A stretch of 64,000 nt of DNA from an uncultured Candidatus Entotheonella sp. (GCA_965215335.1 CBDCDA010000001.1:1216001-1280000); one strand, 5' to 3'; positions 1 through 8,786 are shown, counted from the first letter of the stretch. Made by a program: numbers and translations. The notes: generated by a model from the letters alone, not told the origin.

Positions 1-413
1 GCATCACCGTTGCTTTCCAGTTCGTATTCCACCTCCTCAATCGTGCCGGGATAGATGCTGAGCGCCTTCGCACGGGCCTCCGCCTCGGACACCTTGGCCT
101 GTTCCTGGAACAGCGGATCGGAACTCCCGGCGGCCTCCTGTTCGATCTCGTAGATCGTCCCGGTCAGGGCGTTGCACATGAGCTCCCATTCTCTGCCGTC
201 GGTTCCACGGACCTCAATTTCGTAAGTCGGTACACCGCGCGGCGATACGACCAGATACTCCACCTTCAGAAAGTCCCCCGCTTTGACCGCGGAAGCGGCT
301 ACGAGACACGTCTCGATATGCACCGTATCCTTGGCGACTTGCGCAAAGCTTACGGAGGCGCCAACCAACAACGCCAACATCACGATCCCCCCTTTTTTCC
401 ATGTCTTGTTCAT
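1..413 (-). CDS. Secreted double-PepSY-domain protein, lanpepsy (LanP)-like; runs off the left edge
   Basis: Not in the ORF track. Manual translation from ATG at 413 (RBS GAGGAG): MNKTWKKGGIVMLALLVGASVSFA-QVAKDTVHIETCLVAASAVKAGDFLKVEYL...PTYEIEVRGTDGREWELMCNALTGTIYEIEQE...DPLFQEQAKVSEAEARAKALSIYPGTIEEVEYELESNGD. Signal peptide plus two Glu-rich PepSY repeats. Confidence 0.8.
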   Translation of the reverse strand, partial: MNKTWKKGGIVMLALLVGASVSFAQVAKDTVHIETCLVAASAVKAGDFLKVEYLVVSPRGVPTYEIEVRGTDGREWELMCNALTGTIYEIEQEAAGSSDPLFQEQAKVSEAEARAKALSIYPGTIEEVEYELESNGD

Positions 414-573
414 GATCCGCAACTCCTCTCATTGGATGGAACATCGTATGTTTGCCCGTCCCAACAGCGCAGCGGCAAACCCTGCAATTGCCTTTGGCCC
501 GAACATTCGGTCCTGACGGAAGTTTTCCGGTCCGACGTCCTCCGGACGACCAACGGTCGTGCACTTCCAGAGC

Positions 574-590
574 AGCATAAACTGTGCCAA
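574..590 (-). promoter_or_regulatory. Sigma-54 (-24/-12) promoter for the PepSY gene
   Basis: Minus strand TTGGCACAGTTTATGCT: GG-N10-GC spacing with TGGCAC core, ~160 bp upstream of the ATG. Confidence 0.6.
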
Positions 591-688
591 GTTCTTGGCA
601 GACGATCAGTCGCCTGGGACCATACACCTAACACCCTGCAATTGTGTGACTTACCGTGGGGTTGCGGGGAAATCTGCCGGTGTGTTGA

Positions 689-706
689 CTGGCAGCACGG
701 TTGCAT
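689..706 (+). promoter_or_regulatory. Sigma-54 (-24/-12) promoter for the two-component operon
   Basis: CTGGCAGCACGGTTGCAT: GG-N10-GC with TTGCA; implies the kinase starts downstream of the track start at 701. Confidence 0.55.
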
Positions 707-844
707 CTTGCCGCCGGCGATTCGGAAAAACCGGGCGCTCCCAGCCCCTGGGCGGGCTTATACGTACTGGCAATATGGGCTATGATGTCCACGCTTGGAC
801 ACAGATCGTTCATTTTTGGACCTATGGCCGGTTGTAGAGAACTT

Positions 845-2092
845 ATGAAAAAAGCAAGGGTAATTTACGACCTCACCTGGATGATCCTCGCCATTTTACT
901 CGCCTCTTTCCTTACCATCTTCTTCGATTTGTATGAGCGGATTATCCAATACACGCGCCCTCTCGAATCCTGGGAACTCGACGAGGTTCCCTTCTTCCTC
1001 TTTTTCGTGGCCCTGGCCTGCGCCTGGTTTGCCTATCGACGCTGCTGCGAATTGGTCCTGGAGATCGCCGAGCGCCGGCAAGTCGAGAAGGCGCTGACGG
1101 ATAGCGAGACCCGCTACCGTACCCTGGTGGAAGCCTCGGCGCAGGGCATCTATATCGACCAGCAAGGTACCATACGGTTTGCCAACCGGGCGCTGGGCCG
1201 GCTGTTCGGCTGCGAAAGTCCCGAAGCGCTTGTCGGCGAGAACGTGGAGCGGCTTTATGCGCCTCATGAGCACGCGCGCCTGACAGCCGCCAGCGCGGCC
1301 GCGCTGGCGGGCCATGCCGAGCCGCGGCGTTACGAATGGCACGGCGTCCACCGCGACGGCGCCATGCTGTGGCTCGAAAGCCTGCCGTTGCACATCACGT
1401 GGGATGGCGCCCCGGCGCTGATGGTGACGGTGCTGGACATCACGGAACGCAGGAGCCAGGAACAGGAACGCCGCAAGATCGCTTACGACATCCACGACGG
1501 CATCGCGCAGTTGATGGTGAGCGCCCAGTACCATCTGGAAACGTTCGATCACCTCTGGCGCGACGACGCTTCTCTCGCTGAGGACCAGCTGGGCCGCGGT
1601 CGCTCCAGGCTCCACCAGGCGATTGTCGAGACACGACGACTGATGACCCGGCTGCGCCCTGTCAGCCTCGAAACCCTGGGGTTGATTCCTGCCGTGCAAC
1701 AGTATCTGAACGAATTGGGCAGAGACGCAGGGTGGGAAATCGACTATCACGCCGAGGTCGCCGCCCTGAATCTCTCCCCGGATGGGGAAACCGCCCTCTT
1801 CCGCATTCTGCAAGAGGCGCTGACGAATGCCTGGAAGCATGCGCAGACGCCCATGGTGCGTCTCGGCCTGCATACCGAAGGCGAAAAAGACGACCTGCTG
1901 GTCGTCTGTATCCAGGACTGGGGAAACGGTTTCGAGCCCGACCGGCTCCAGTCCGATGCCCAGGGCATCGGTCTCATGGGCATGCGTGAGCGCGCTCGAC
2001 TGCTAGGCGGGGTCTGCAGCATCGAGAGTCGTCCGGGTCGCGGCACCACCGTGCGGCTGCGGATTCCTCTGCAGCATGGAGAAATCCTGTGA
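845..2092 (+). CDS. Membrane PAS-domain sensor histidine kinase (HisKA_3/NarX-UhpB type)
   Basis: Two N-terminal TM segments, PAS domain, H-box IAYDIHDGIAQ, N-box QEALTNAWKHA, DWGNGF, GIGLMGMRER. Start at 845 is an estimate. Confidence 0.9.
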   Translation: MKKARVIYDLTWMILAILLASFLTIFFDLYERIIQYTRPLESWELDEVPFFLFFVALACAWFAYRRCCELVLEIAERRQVEKALTDSETRYRTLVEASAQGIYIDQQGTIRFANRALGRLFGCESPEALVGENVERLYAPHEHARLTAASAAALAGHAEPRRYEWHGVHRDGAMLWLESLPLHITWDGAPALMVTVLDITERRSQEQERRKIAYDIHDGIAQLMVSAQYHLETFDHLWRDDASLAEDQLGRGRSRLHQAIVETRRLMTRLRPVSLETLGLIPAVQQYLNELGRDAGWEIDYHAEVAALNLSPDGETALFRILQEALTNAWKHAQTPMVRLGLHTEGEKDDLLVVCIQDWGNGFEPDRLQSDAQGIGLMGMRERARLLGGVCSIESRPGRGTTVRLRIPLQHGEIL

Positions 2093-2754
2093 ACCCGGGA
2101 GCGCAGCGCCGCATACGGGTCGTGATAGCCGATGATCACCCGGTGGTGCGGGAAGGCTTGCGGAGCATGCTCTCGACGGCTGCGGACATGGAGGTCATTG
2201 GCGAGGCTGGCAGCGGGGCCGAGGCAGTGGCGCAAGCCCGGGTCCTGCGGCCGGAGGTCATGCTGCTCGATATCCGCATGCCCGACGGGAATGGCCTGGC
2301 GGTCCTGAATCAGATCAAGGCGGTGTCTCCCGACACCAGTGTCATCATGGTTACCATGCACGACAATCCCGATTACCTCGCACGCGCCATAGCCGGCGGC
2401 GCCGCCGGCTACGTCCTCAAGGAGGCGCAGCGCCACGACCTCCTCACGGCGGTCCGCACGGTGCTCGAGCCCTCGGCGGCACCCACCCCTGTGCTGTTGA
2501 GCAAATCCCAGCGGGTGGCCGCCAATGGTGTACAGGGGCCGTCGTCGTCAGGGGCCGCGTCGCTCAGCCCGGTCGAACGCGAATTGCTCCTCCTGCTGGC
2601 CGACGGCCTCAGCAATAAAGAGATCAGTGCGCGCATGCGCTGCAGCCTGGGAACCGTGAAGAATTACCTCCAGCATGTCTTCACTGCCCTCCGGGTCTCA
2701 GACCGAACCCGCGCAGTTGTCGAAGCCATCCGCCTCGGGCTCATTGAGCCGTGA
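2089..2754 (+). CDS. NarL/FixJ-family response regulator
   Basis: IADDHPVVREG receiver, LLDIRMPDG, LuxR HTH (GLSNKEIS...TVKNY); overlaps the kinase stop. Confidence 0.93.
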   Translation: MNPGAQRRIRVVIADDHPVVREGLRSMLSTAADMEVIGEAGSGAEAVAQARVLRPEVMLLDIRMPDGNGLAVLNQIKAVSPDTSVIMVTMHDNPDYLARAIAGGAAGYVLKEAQRHDLLTAVRTVLEPSAAPTPVLLSKSQRVAANGVQGPSSSGAASLSPVERELLLLLADGLSNKEISARMRCSLGTVKNYLQHVFTALRVSDRTRAVVEAIRLGLIEP

Positions 2755-2761
2755 GATCGTA

Positions 2762-2793
2762 GCCACCTGGCCATGACGCCTTGGCCAGGTGGC
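2762..2793 (+). terminator. Stem-loop after the response regulator
   Basis: GCCACCTGGCCA-N8-TGGCCAGGTGGC perfect 12-bp inverted repeat; no U-tract. Confidence 0.4.
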
Positions 2794-2938
2794 GGCATTG
2801 CGGATTCGCGCCCTCCTTCCCCATTGACGATTCATCGTGAGCATGGGCATATGGCAGTGCAGGAAGCCGCCCTGATGCGGACGCTCACTCCCCCCTTGAG
2901 CAAAAGCCCAGGAATTCGGAGCACGCAGGCGACGATGG

Positions 2939-3694
2939 ATGATGAGTGAACGTCTGATCGACATATGCGATGCGACTTTCGGATACGGCCGCACGGTCGT
3001 CCTGCAGAAGGTGCAGTTTGGCCTTGCGGCGGGAGATTTCGTCGGCCTTGTCGGACCCAACGGAGCGGGCAAGACGACGTTGCTGCGCGGCCTGTTGGGC
3101 CTCGTCAGGTCGCAGCGGGGTGAGCGGCGGGTTCGTCCGCCTGCGGGTGCTGCCAGCGTGGTATTCGGATACGTGCCACAGGAAAAGGCGGTCGACCCCT
3201 TCTTCCCCTTGTCGGTGTTGGACGTCGTGCTCATGGGGCGTTACCGGCTGCTGGGGCCGGGCCGGCGCCCAGCGCTTCTGGACCGGCATGCCGCGCTGGC
3301 GTGTCTTGCCCACGTGCAGCTCGAGCATCACGCTGACGCAGCATTTCAGGAGTTGTCGGGCGGCCAGAAACAACGGGTCCTTCTGGCCCGCGCCTTGGCT
3401 GCCGAACCGCACGTCCTGGTGCTTGACGAACCCACCAGCGCCATGGACCTGGCGGCCGAAAAGCGACTCATGGCCGTGATCAGGGAGCAGCATGAGGCTC
3501 AAGGGCTGACGGTCGTGTTGGCCACGCACGATCTGAATCTGATCGGGCGCTACGCTTCCAGGATTGCCATTGTCGCGGGTGGGCAGGTCATCAGCGGCTC
3601 ACCAACGGAACTTTTGGAGACTCGGCAACTCAGTGAGGTATACGGCGTCGACCTGCAGGTGCACGACGTCCAGGGCCGGCGCCTGATCGTCTGA
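2939..3694 (+). CDS. Metal ABC transporter ATP-binding protein (ZnuC/MntA-like)
   Basis: Walker A GPNGAGKT, GYVPQ, LSGGQKQRV, LDEPT, H-loop ATHDL. Confidence 0.92.
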   Translation: MMSERLIDICDATFGYGRTVVLQKVQFGLAAGDFVGLVGPNGAGKTTLLRGLLGLVRSQRGERRVRPPAGAASVVFGYVPQEKAVDPFFPLSVLDVVLMGRYRLLGPGRRPALLDRHAALACLAHVQLEHHADAAFQELSGGQKQRVLLARALAAEPHVLVLDEPTSAMDLAAEKRLMAVIREQHEAQGLTVVLATHDLNLIGRYASRIAIVAGGQVISGSPTELLETRQLSEVYGVDLQVHDVQGRRLIV

Positions 3695-3714
3695 GGCTAC
3701 GGAGAATCAACGCG

Positions 3715-5922
3715 ATGTGGGAAATGCTTTCCTACCCCTTCTTCCAGTCGGCGCTCATCGCCGGGACGTTGTCCGCCTCCATGTGTGCCCTGGTCGGGGT
3801 GTACGTCCTGCTCAAGCGCATCGTGTTCGTCGGCATTACGCTGGCCCAGCTTGCTTCCATGGGTGTGGCGGTGGCCTTGTTGATCGACGTGCACCCGATG
3901 ATCATGGCCTTGGTGGCGACCTTGGCGGGGGTAGCCTGTCTGGCCTATACGAGTTCCGGCCAAAGGGTTCCGCAGGAGGGGGTCATTGGGGCCAGCTACG
4001 TGATGGCGGCGGCGCTCGGCATCATTTGCCTAGCCAAGAATCCCGTAGGCGATGCCCGTAACCTGAAGGTGCTGTTCGGCAATATCCTCTCCGCTCACAC
4101 GGGGGAGATGGTGGCCCTCGCCGCGCTTCTGGCGGTGCTGGCCATCGTGCACGTGGTTTTTTACAAGGAGTTCCTGTTCGTATCTTTCGACCCGGAAACC
4201 GCCCAGGCCCAGGGAATCAACGTACGCGGGTGGGACCTTCTGTTGTACCTCACCATCGGTCTGGCGATCGCGTTTTCCATCCACTCAATGGGGGTGTTAC
4301 TGGTGTTTGCACTCATACTCGTACCAGCCATGACGGCGCGCCTGGTGGCGCACAGGATGATGGCTCTGTTTGCCCTGGCCATTGGTTTCGGCGTTGTTTC
4401 GGTGCCGCTCGGCTTGTATCTGGCCGTTCGCATTGACCTGCCCACCGGCATGGCGGTGGCCGGCACGTGCGTGGTCATGCTGCTCGCTGTATTGACGGCG
4501 CGTGGCTTGTATCGCAGCGCCGCACGCCTGGCGGCCGGAACTGCCGTTCTGATGCTGGCGCTCAACCTCGTGATGCCCGGCGCGGCTACTGCTCAGGAAA
4601 CGGACGTCGAGAGGCGGCTGCAGGAGCTTCGGCAGGAAGTCAATGACCTGCGCCAAAGCCTGCTCAGCCAGCAAATACGGCTGCCCGGCGCCCTGATGCT
4701 CAACCCGGAAATGCGCGTCGAGGGCAACTTTCAAGGCAGCTATCTCGCGGGTGGATTGGCGCGTCGCGCCGAGCAGGAGGGGTTTTCCAACAACCGCTTC
4801 AACCTCCGTGAAGTCGAAATCGGCCTTCGAGCCTCGGTGGATCCGTTTGCCGTTCTGGAGGCGGTCATCAGCGCCCAGCATTTGGCGGAAATCGAATTCG
4901 AGGACGGCGAGGAAGAATTGGAAGCACCGCCCGGAGAGGTGGAATTCGAGGAGGCCCACCTGACGTTCGCGCGGCTGCCGCTCAGCCTGCGCGGCAAGCT
5001 GGGTCTCATGCGCACCAGTTTCGGCGAATACAATGACGATGACCCCGATGAATTTCCCCAGGTTGATCCGCCCAACATCATCACCCAGCTATACGGTAAC
5101 GAAGGCGAGGGCTGGAAGGAACCCGGCGTCAACGTGAACTACCAGTTTGCCAGCCCGTTTTCCGAGAAAATGACGCACGTCTTGTGGTTTGGCCTCTACA
5201 GCGGGGAGAACGGGACGGCGTTTCACGGCGGGAATCTCACCAAGCCGGTTTATTTCACCCGGCTGGAGTTGTTCTACGAGGTGGCGCCGCGGGCAGGGAT
5301 TGAACTCGGGCTCAGCTACGCCAGGGGTAAACGGCTGGACCGTTACTATGACGACATGACGAACGGCATGCTGGACGATGATGACGACGACGATGACAAC
5401 GGCCATGCCCACAATGGCGATGACGACGACGATGACAACGGCGGCGTCGGGCAGTTGGTCGGAGAATTCGACTCCACGCTCATGAACGTCCACTTCGAGT
5501 TTGACTGGCAGCCGCGGTTGTACTACCGGGAGAACAGCCTGGCCTTCCTGGCCGAACTGTTCCATTCCAGGGTCGAGCGCCACGACGGCACCCTGAACCA
5601 GTTTGGCGGCTATGCCCTGACGCAGTATGCGATCAACTCCACCTTTGCCATTGGCGCCCGTCTCGACATGGTCAATTGCCCCGGGTTCTACAACTCGTTG
5701 TGCGCCAATCTCGGCGTCGAGGATGGCGAGACCCTCGGCATCGACGAGTTGAAAGACCGTCACGAGTGGGCGATATCGCCCATTATTTCCATCAGTCCGA
5801 GCTCCTTTCTGACTCTGCGGGCGCAATACAAACATACCTATCGCAGTTACGCCGAGGATTCCCAGGAATTCCTCCTGCAGGCGTTGTTCATCATCGGCTA
5901 CGAGCGTTCGGACGTTTTCTAG
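3715..5922 (+). CDS. Fusion: ZnuB/ABC-3 metal permease + internal signal peptide + acidic outer-membrane beta-barrel-like domain
   Basis: aa ~1-265 ABC-3 permease (LFGNIL, SFDPETAQAQG, GVLLVFALILVPA); then LMLALNLVMPGAATA-QE, a coiled coil, FNLREVEIGLRASVDPF and amphipathic strands ending in C-terminal Phe. Confidence 0.8.
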   Translation: MWEMLSYPFFQSALIAGTLSASMCALVGVYVLLKRIVFVGITLAQLASMGVAVALLIDVHPMIMALVATLAGVACLAYTSSGQRVPQEGVIGASYVMAAALGIICLAKNPVGDARNLKVLFGNILSAHTGEMVALAALLAVLAIVHVVFYKEFLFVSFDPETAQAQGINVRGWDLLLYLTIGLAIAFSIHSMGVLLVFALILVPAMTARLVAHRMMALFALAIGFGVVSVPLGLYLAVRIDLPTGMAVAGTCVVMLLAVLTARGLYRSAARLAAGTAVLMLALNLVMPGAATAQETDVERRLQELRQEVNDLRQSLLSQQIRLPGALMLNPEMRVEGNFQGSYLAGGLARRAEQEGFSNNRFNLREVEIGLRASVDPFAVLEAVISAQHLAEIEFEDGEEELEAPPGEVEFEEAHLTFARLPLSLRGKLGLMRTSFGEYNDDDPDEFPQVDPPNIITQLYGNEGEGWKEPGVNVNYQFASPFSEKMTHVLWFGLYSGENGTAFHGGNLTKPVYFTRLELFYEVAPRAGIELGLSYARGKRLDRYYDDMTNGMLDDDDDDDDNGHAHNGDDDDDDNGGVGQLVGEFDSTLMNVHFEFDWQPRLYYRENSLAFLAELFHSRVERHDGTLNQFGGYALTQYAINSTFAIGARLDMVNCPGFYNSLCANLGVEDGETLGIDELKDRHEWAISPIISISPSSFLTLRAQYKHTYRSYAEDSQEFLLQALFIIGYERSDVF
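5380..5442 (+). repeat. 24-bp direct repeat encoding poly-Asp tracts (DDDDDDNG twice)
   Basis: gatgacgacgacgatgacaacggc at 5380-5403 and 5419-5442. Confidence 0.9.
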
Positions 5923-5934
5923 GAGGAAGCACCC

Positions 5935-6918
5935 GTGACCACGTTTTCCGCAACTCTACGTTCAGTTGTGCTAGCTGTTCTGATCCTGGCATTCGTGTTG
6001 ACGTCCGGCGGTTGGGCCCAGGATCGCGAGGATAGGGTTCGGGCCGCCGTTCATTCGGTATTCATGTTCGGCAGCTCGATCGACTTTACGTTCATTGCCA
6101 AGGAAATCGCCGGCGATCGGGTCAAGGTCTACGCGCCGCTCCCCGGCTACCAAGAGGCCGAGCTTTATATCGAAGAGGTTTTTCCGTCATGGGTCATCCA
6201 GGCGTCACGGGCGGATGTTTTCGTGCGCATCGGACTGTTCGCCGACGTCTGGGCGGACTCCTTGCGGTTGGACGCACGCAACCCGCGCATCGACCCCGGC
6301 GCGCCGGGGTACGTGGACGCCTCGCAGGGCATCCAGATTCTGGAAATCCCGACCGGTCCGGTGGACCGCTCCCGGGGCGAGATTCACATTCAAGGCAACC
6401 CGCACTATCTGCTGGATCCGCTGAACGCCAAGATTGTGGCGGACAACATTCTTCGCGCCCTGGTGTCGATTTCGCCCGAGGACACGGATTTCTTTACCGC
6501 CAATACCGAGGATTTCAAGCGCCGCATCGACGAGGCGATGGTGCGCTGGCAGGAAATGGCGGCGCCCCTGCGGGGCAAGAAACTGGCGGCGTATCACCGC
6601 ACCTGGTCGTACCTGTTGAAGCGCTTCGGCCTGGTGGGCGTGGGCTACGTGGAACCCAAGCCGGGTATTTCCCCGTCGCCGCTGGAAATCCGCAATCTGG
6701 TGGACACGATGGTGCGACAGGACGTTCGCCTCATCATTCACGCGCCGGTCTATCACCCGCGCACGCCCCGCGCCGTGGCCCGCCAGGTATCGAATCAGAT
6801 CGGCGATCCCGTCACGGTGCTGAAGCTGCCCGCGCACGTCGGCGGGGTGCCCGAAGCGGACAACTATTTCGCCCTCTTCGACTACATCCTGACGACGTTG
6901 AACGAGGTCCTGAATTGA
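5935..6918 (+). CDS. ZnuA/TroA-family metal ABC substrate-binding protein with altered first His motif
   Basis: Signal peptide; EIAGDRVKV, GNPHYLLDP, AYHRTWSY, YVEPKPGISPSP; GYQEAEL where the family usually has QDPH. Confidence 0.88.
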   Translation: MTTFSATLRSVVLAVLILAFVLTSGGWAQDREDRVRAAVHSVFMFGSSIDFTFIAKEIAGDRVKVYAPLPGYQEAELYIEEVFPSWVIQASRADVFVRIGLFADVWADSLRLDARNPRIDPGAPGYVDASQGIQILEIPTGPVDRSRGEIHIQGNPHYLLDPLNAKIVADNILRALVSISPEDTDFFTANTEDFKRRIDEAMVRWQEMAAPLRGKKLAAYHRTWSYLLKRFGLVGVGYVEPKPGISPSPLEIRNLVDTMVRQDVRLIIHAPVYHPRTPRAVARQVSNQIGDPVTVLKLPAHVGGVPEADNYFALFDYILTTLNEVLN

Positions 6919-6980
6919 GGTAGGCTTGCGCCCGCTGGTCGGTTGGCGGGCCTGCCTTTATTTCAACCAACATAGGAAAC

Positions 6981-7796
6981 ATGACCATGCGTATCACCGC
7001 ACGGAGTCTCATGCCGCTGAGCGCGGCAATCGCGTTCCTGTTCTGCGCCTCTGCCGTTGCCGCACTCGAGGTTCGGCTCGTCTATGTGGGCAGCACCGAC
7101 GAGTCGGCGTGGCTCGGGGTGATGCAGGGCCAGCACGAGGCCAACATCCAGGGGCGTTTTCTGGGCCAGACTTACGTCGTGGAGGCGATGACGCCGGAGG
7201 CGTTGTCTCAGTCTGGCCAACAGGCCGCTGCGATCATCGGGGCGGGTGACGCCTCAGCGCTGCAACGCCTGAGCAAGGTGATGCCCGCCGTCGCCGTGTT
7301 CAACGTGACGGCCGACGATGACGTTCTGCGCCAGGCTTGTGCGACGAACTTGTTGCACGTGCCGCCCAGCAGCGCCATGAAAGCCGATGCGGTGGCGCAG
7401 TGGGTGCAGAAAAACCCCGACGCCAGCGTCGAGGCGTGGGCCTGGCATCCCAAATTCGTCAAGTATGCCGCCCGCGACCTGAACAAGCGCTTCCTGAGAG
7501 TCCAAAGGGTTGCCATGGATGACGACGCCTGGGCCGGCTGGGCGGCGGTGCGCATGGTTGCGGAGGCCGTCATACGGACGCAGGCCACCGACCCCTCGGC
7601 CCTGCTCGCCTTTCTCAAATCCGAAATCGCGTTCGACGGGCAGAAGGGCATGTCCTTCACCTTCCGCGACACCGGCCAGCTGCGTCAGCGGCTGCTCATT
7701 GTCGAAGCCGGCAAGCTGGCCGGTGAGGCACCAGTGCGAGGCGTGGCCGACACCACGGACCTCGACAGCCTCGGCCTCCCGTCGTGCCAACGCTGA
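6981..7796 (+). CDS. PQQ-ADH-system-associated periplasmic binding protein (PedA1/LutA-like, short form)
   Basis: Signal peptide; EANIQGRFLGQ, MKADAVAQW, AWHPKFVKYAARDLNKRF, DGQKG..TFRDTGQLRQ, DLDSLG. Confidence 0.75.
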   Translation: MTMRITARSLMPLSAAIAFLFCASAVAALEVRLVYVGSTDESAWLGVMQGQHEANIQGRFLGQTYVVEAMTPEALSQSGQQAAAIIGAGDASALQRLSKVMPAVAVFNVTADDDVLRQACATNLLHVPPSSAMKADAVAQWVQKNPDASVEAWAWHPKFVKYAARDLNKRFLRVQRVAMDDDAWAGWAAVRMVAEAVIRTQATDPSALLAFLKSEIAFDGQKGMSFTFRDTGQLRQRLLIVEAGKLAGEAPVRGVADTTDLDSLGLPSCQR

Positions 7797-7823
7797 ACCC
7801 AATTTGACAAGGACCAGACGTTT

Positions 7824-8786
7824 ATGCGACCGATAGCTTTTGCAATGCTCGTGCTTCTGGGCCTGGCCGTCGGCAGCGCCGCTGCCGAGGCCGAGCCGAC
7901 GTACCGCGTTTTTGTCACCAATGAACGTAGCGATTCCGTGTCGGTCATCGACAGCCGCACCAACGACGTGGAAGCCACCGTCGCCGTCGGCGACCGCCCG
8001 CGCGGCATTGGCTTTTCTCCCGACCGGGCGCACGTTTACGTGGCGCTGGGCGAGGAGAACGCCATCGGTGTCATCGACACGCGCACCCTCGAGGTCGTCA
8101 AGAAGGTATCCGCCGGATCCGATCCCGAGGCGTTCGCCGTACATCCGAACGGCACGATCTACCTGTCCAACGAGGACGCCAACCTCGCCACGGCGCTCGA
8201 TCCCGCCAGCGGCGAGATACTGGCCGAGATCCCGGTCGGCATCGAGCCGGAAGGGGTGGGTGTGTCGCCGGACGGCTCGCGGGTCATGGTGACCAGCGAG
8301 AGCACCTTCATGGTGCACGTCATTACCGTGCCGGAGCACGAGGTGGTGGCCAACGTCCTGGTCGGCGCCCGGCCACGCGAGGTGACGTTTTCGGCGGATG
8401 GCAAGTGGGCCTACGTGACCAGCGAGATCAGCGGTCAGGTGAGCAAGCTCGACGTGGCCACCAATGAGGTGGTGCAACAGGTGAAGCTGGACATACCAAA
8501 GGCCAAGCCCAAGGGCGTCGTGGTCAGCCCGGACCAGAAGACCCTGTACGTCTCCACCGGCAGTGGCAACATGATCGCGGCGCTGAACGCCGAGACGCTG
8601 GAACTGCTGGACACCGTCGAGGTCGGCAAGCGGGTCTGGGGCATCACCCTGTCGCGGGACGGCGCCCGTCTGTATACCTGCAACGGCGTCGATGACACGG
8701 TGTCGGTGGTGGATACCGCCAGCCTGACCGTCGCCGCTACCATCCAGGTAGGCACGGCGCCCTGGGGGGTGGTCATCGATGACTGA
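7824..8786 (+). CDS. YVTN beta-propeller protein, PQQ-catabolism-associated (PedA2-like)
   Basis: Signal peptide; repeated FVTNE/VSVID/VG..P.G...SPDG blades. Confidence 0.88.
   Translation: MRPIAFAMLVLLGLAVGSAAAEAEPTYRVFVTNERSDSVSVIDSRTNDVEATVAVGDRPRGIGFSPDRAHVYVALGEENAIGVIDTRTLEVVKKVSAGSDPEAFAVHPNGTIYLSNEDANLATALDPASGEILAEIPVGIEPEGVGVSPDGSRVMVTSESTFMVHVITVPEHEVVANVLVGARPREVTFSADGKWAYVTSEISGQVSKLDVATNEVVQQVKLDIPKAKPKGVVVSPDQKTLYVSTGSGNMIAALNAETLELLDTVEVGKRVWGITLSRDGARLYTCNGVDDTVSVVDTASLTVAATIQVGTAPWGVVIDD

Noticed and set aside
701..844. Track N-terminal extensions (also 11250, 22470, 26178, 33375, 52546)
   Set aside because: They overlap promoters, other genes or a MITE; better RBS-supported starts lie downstream
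5370..5445. Lanmodulin-type EF hands in the barrel loop
   Set aside because: No helix-loop-helix context or D-P-D-x-D-G..E pattern; kept only as an acidic loop
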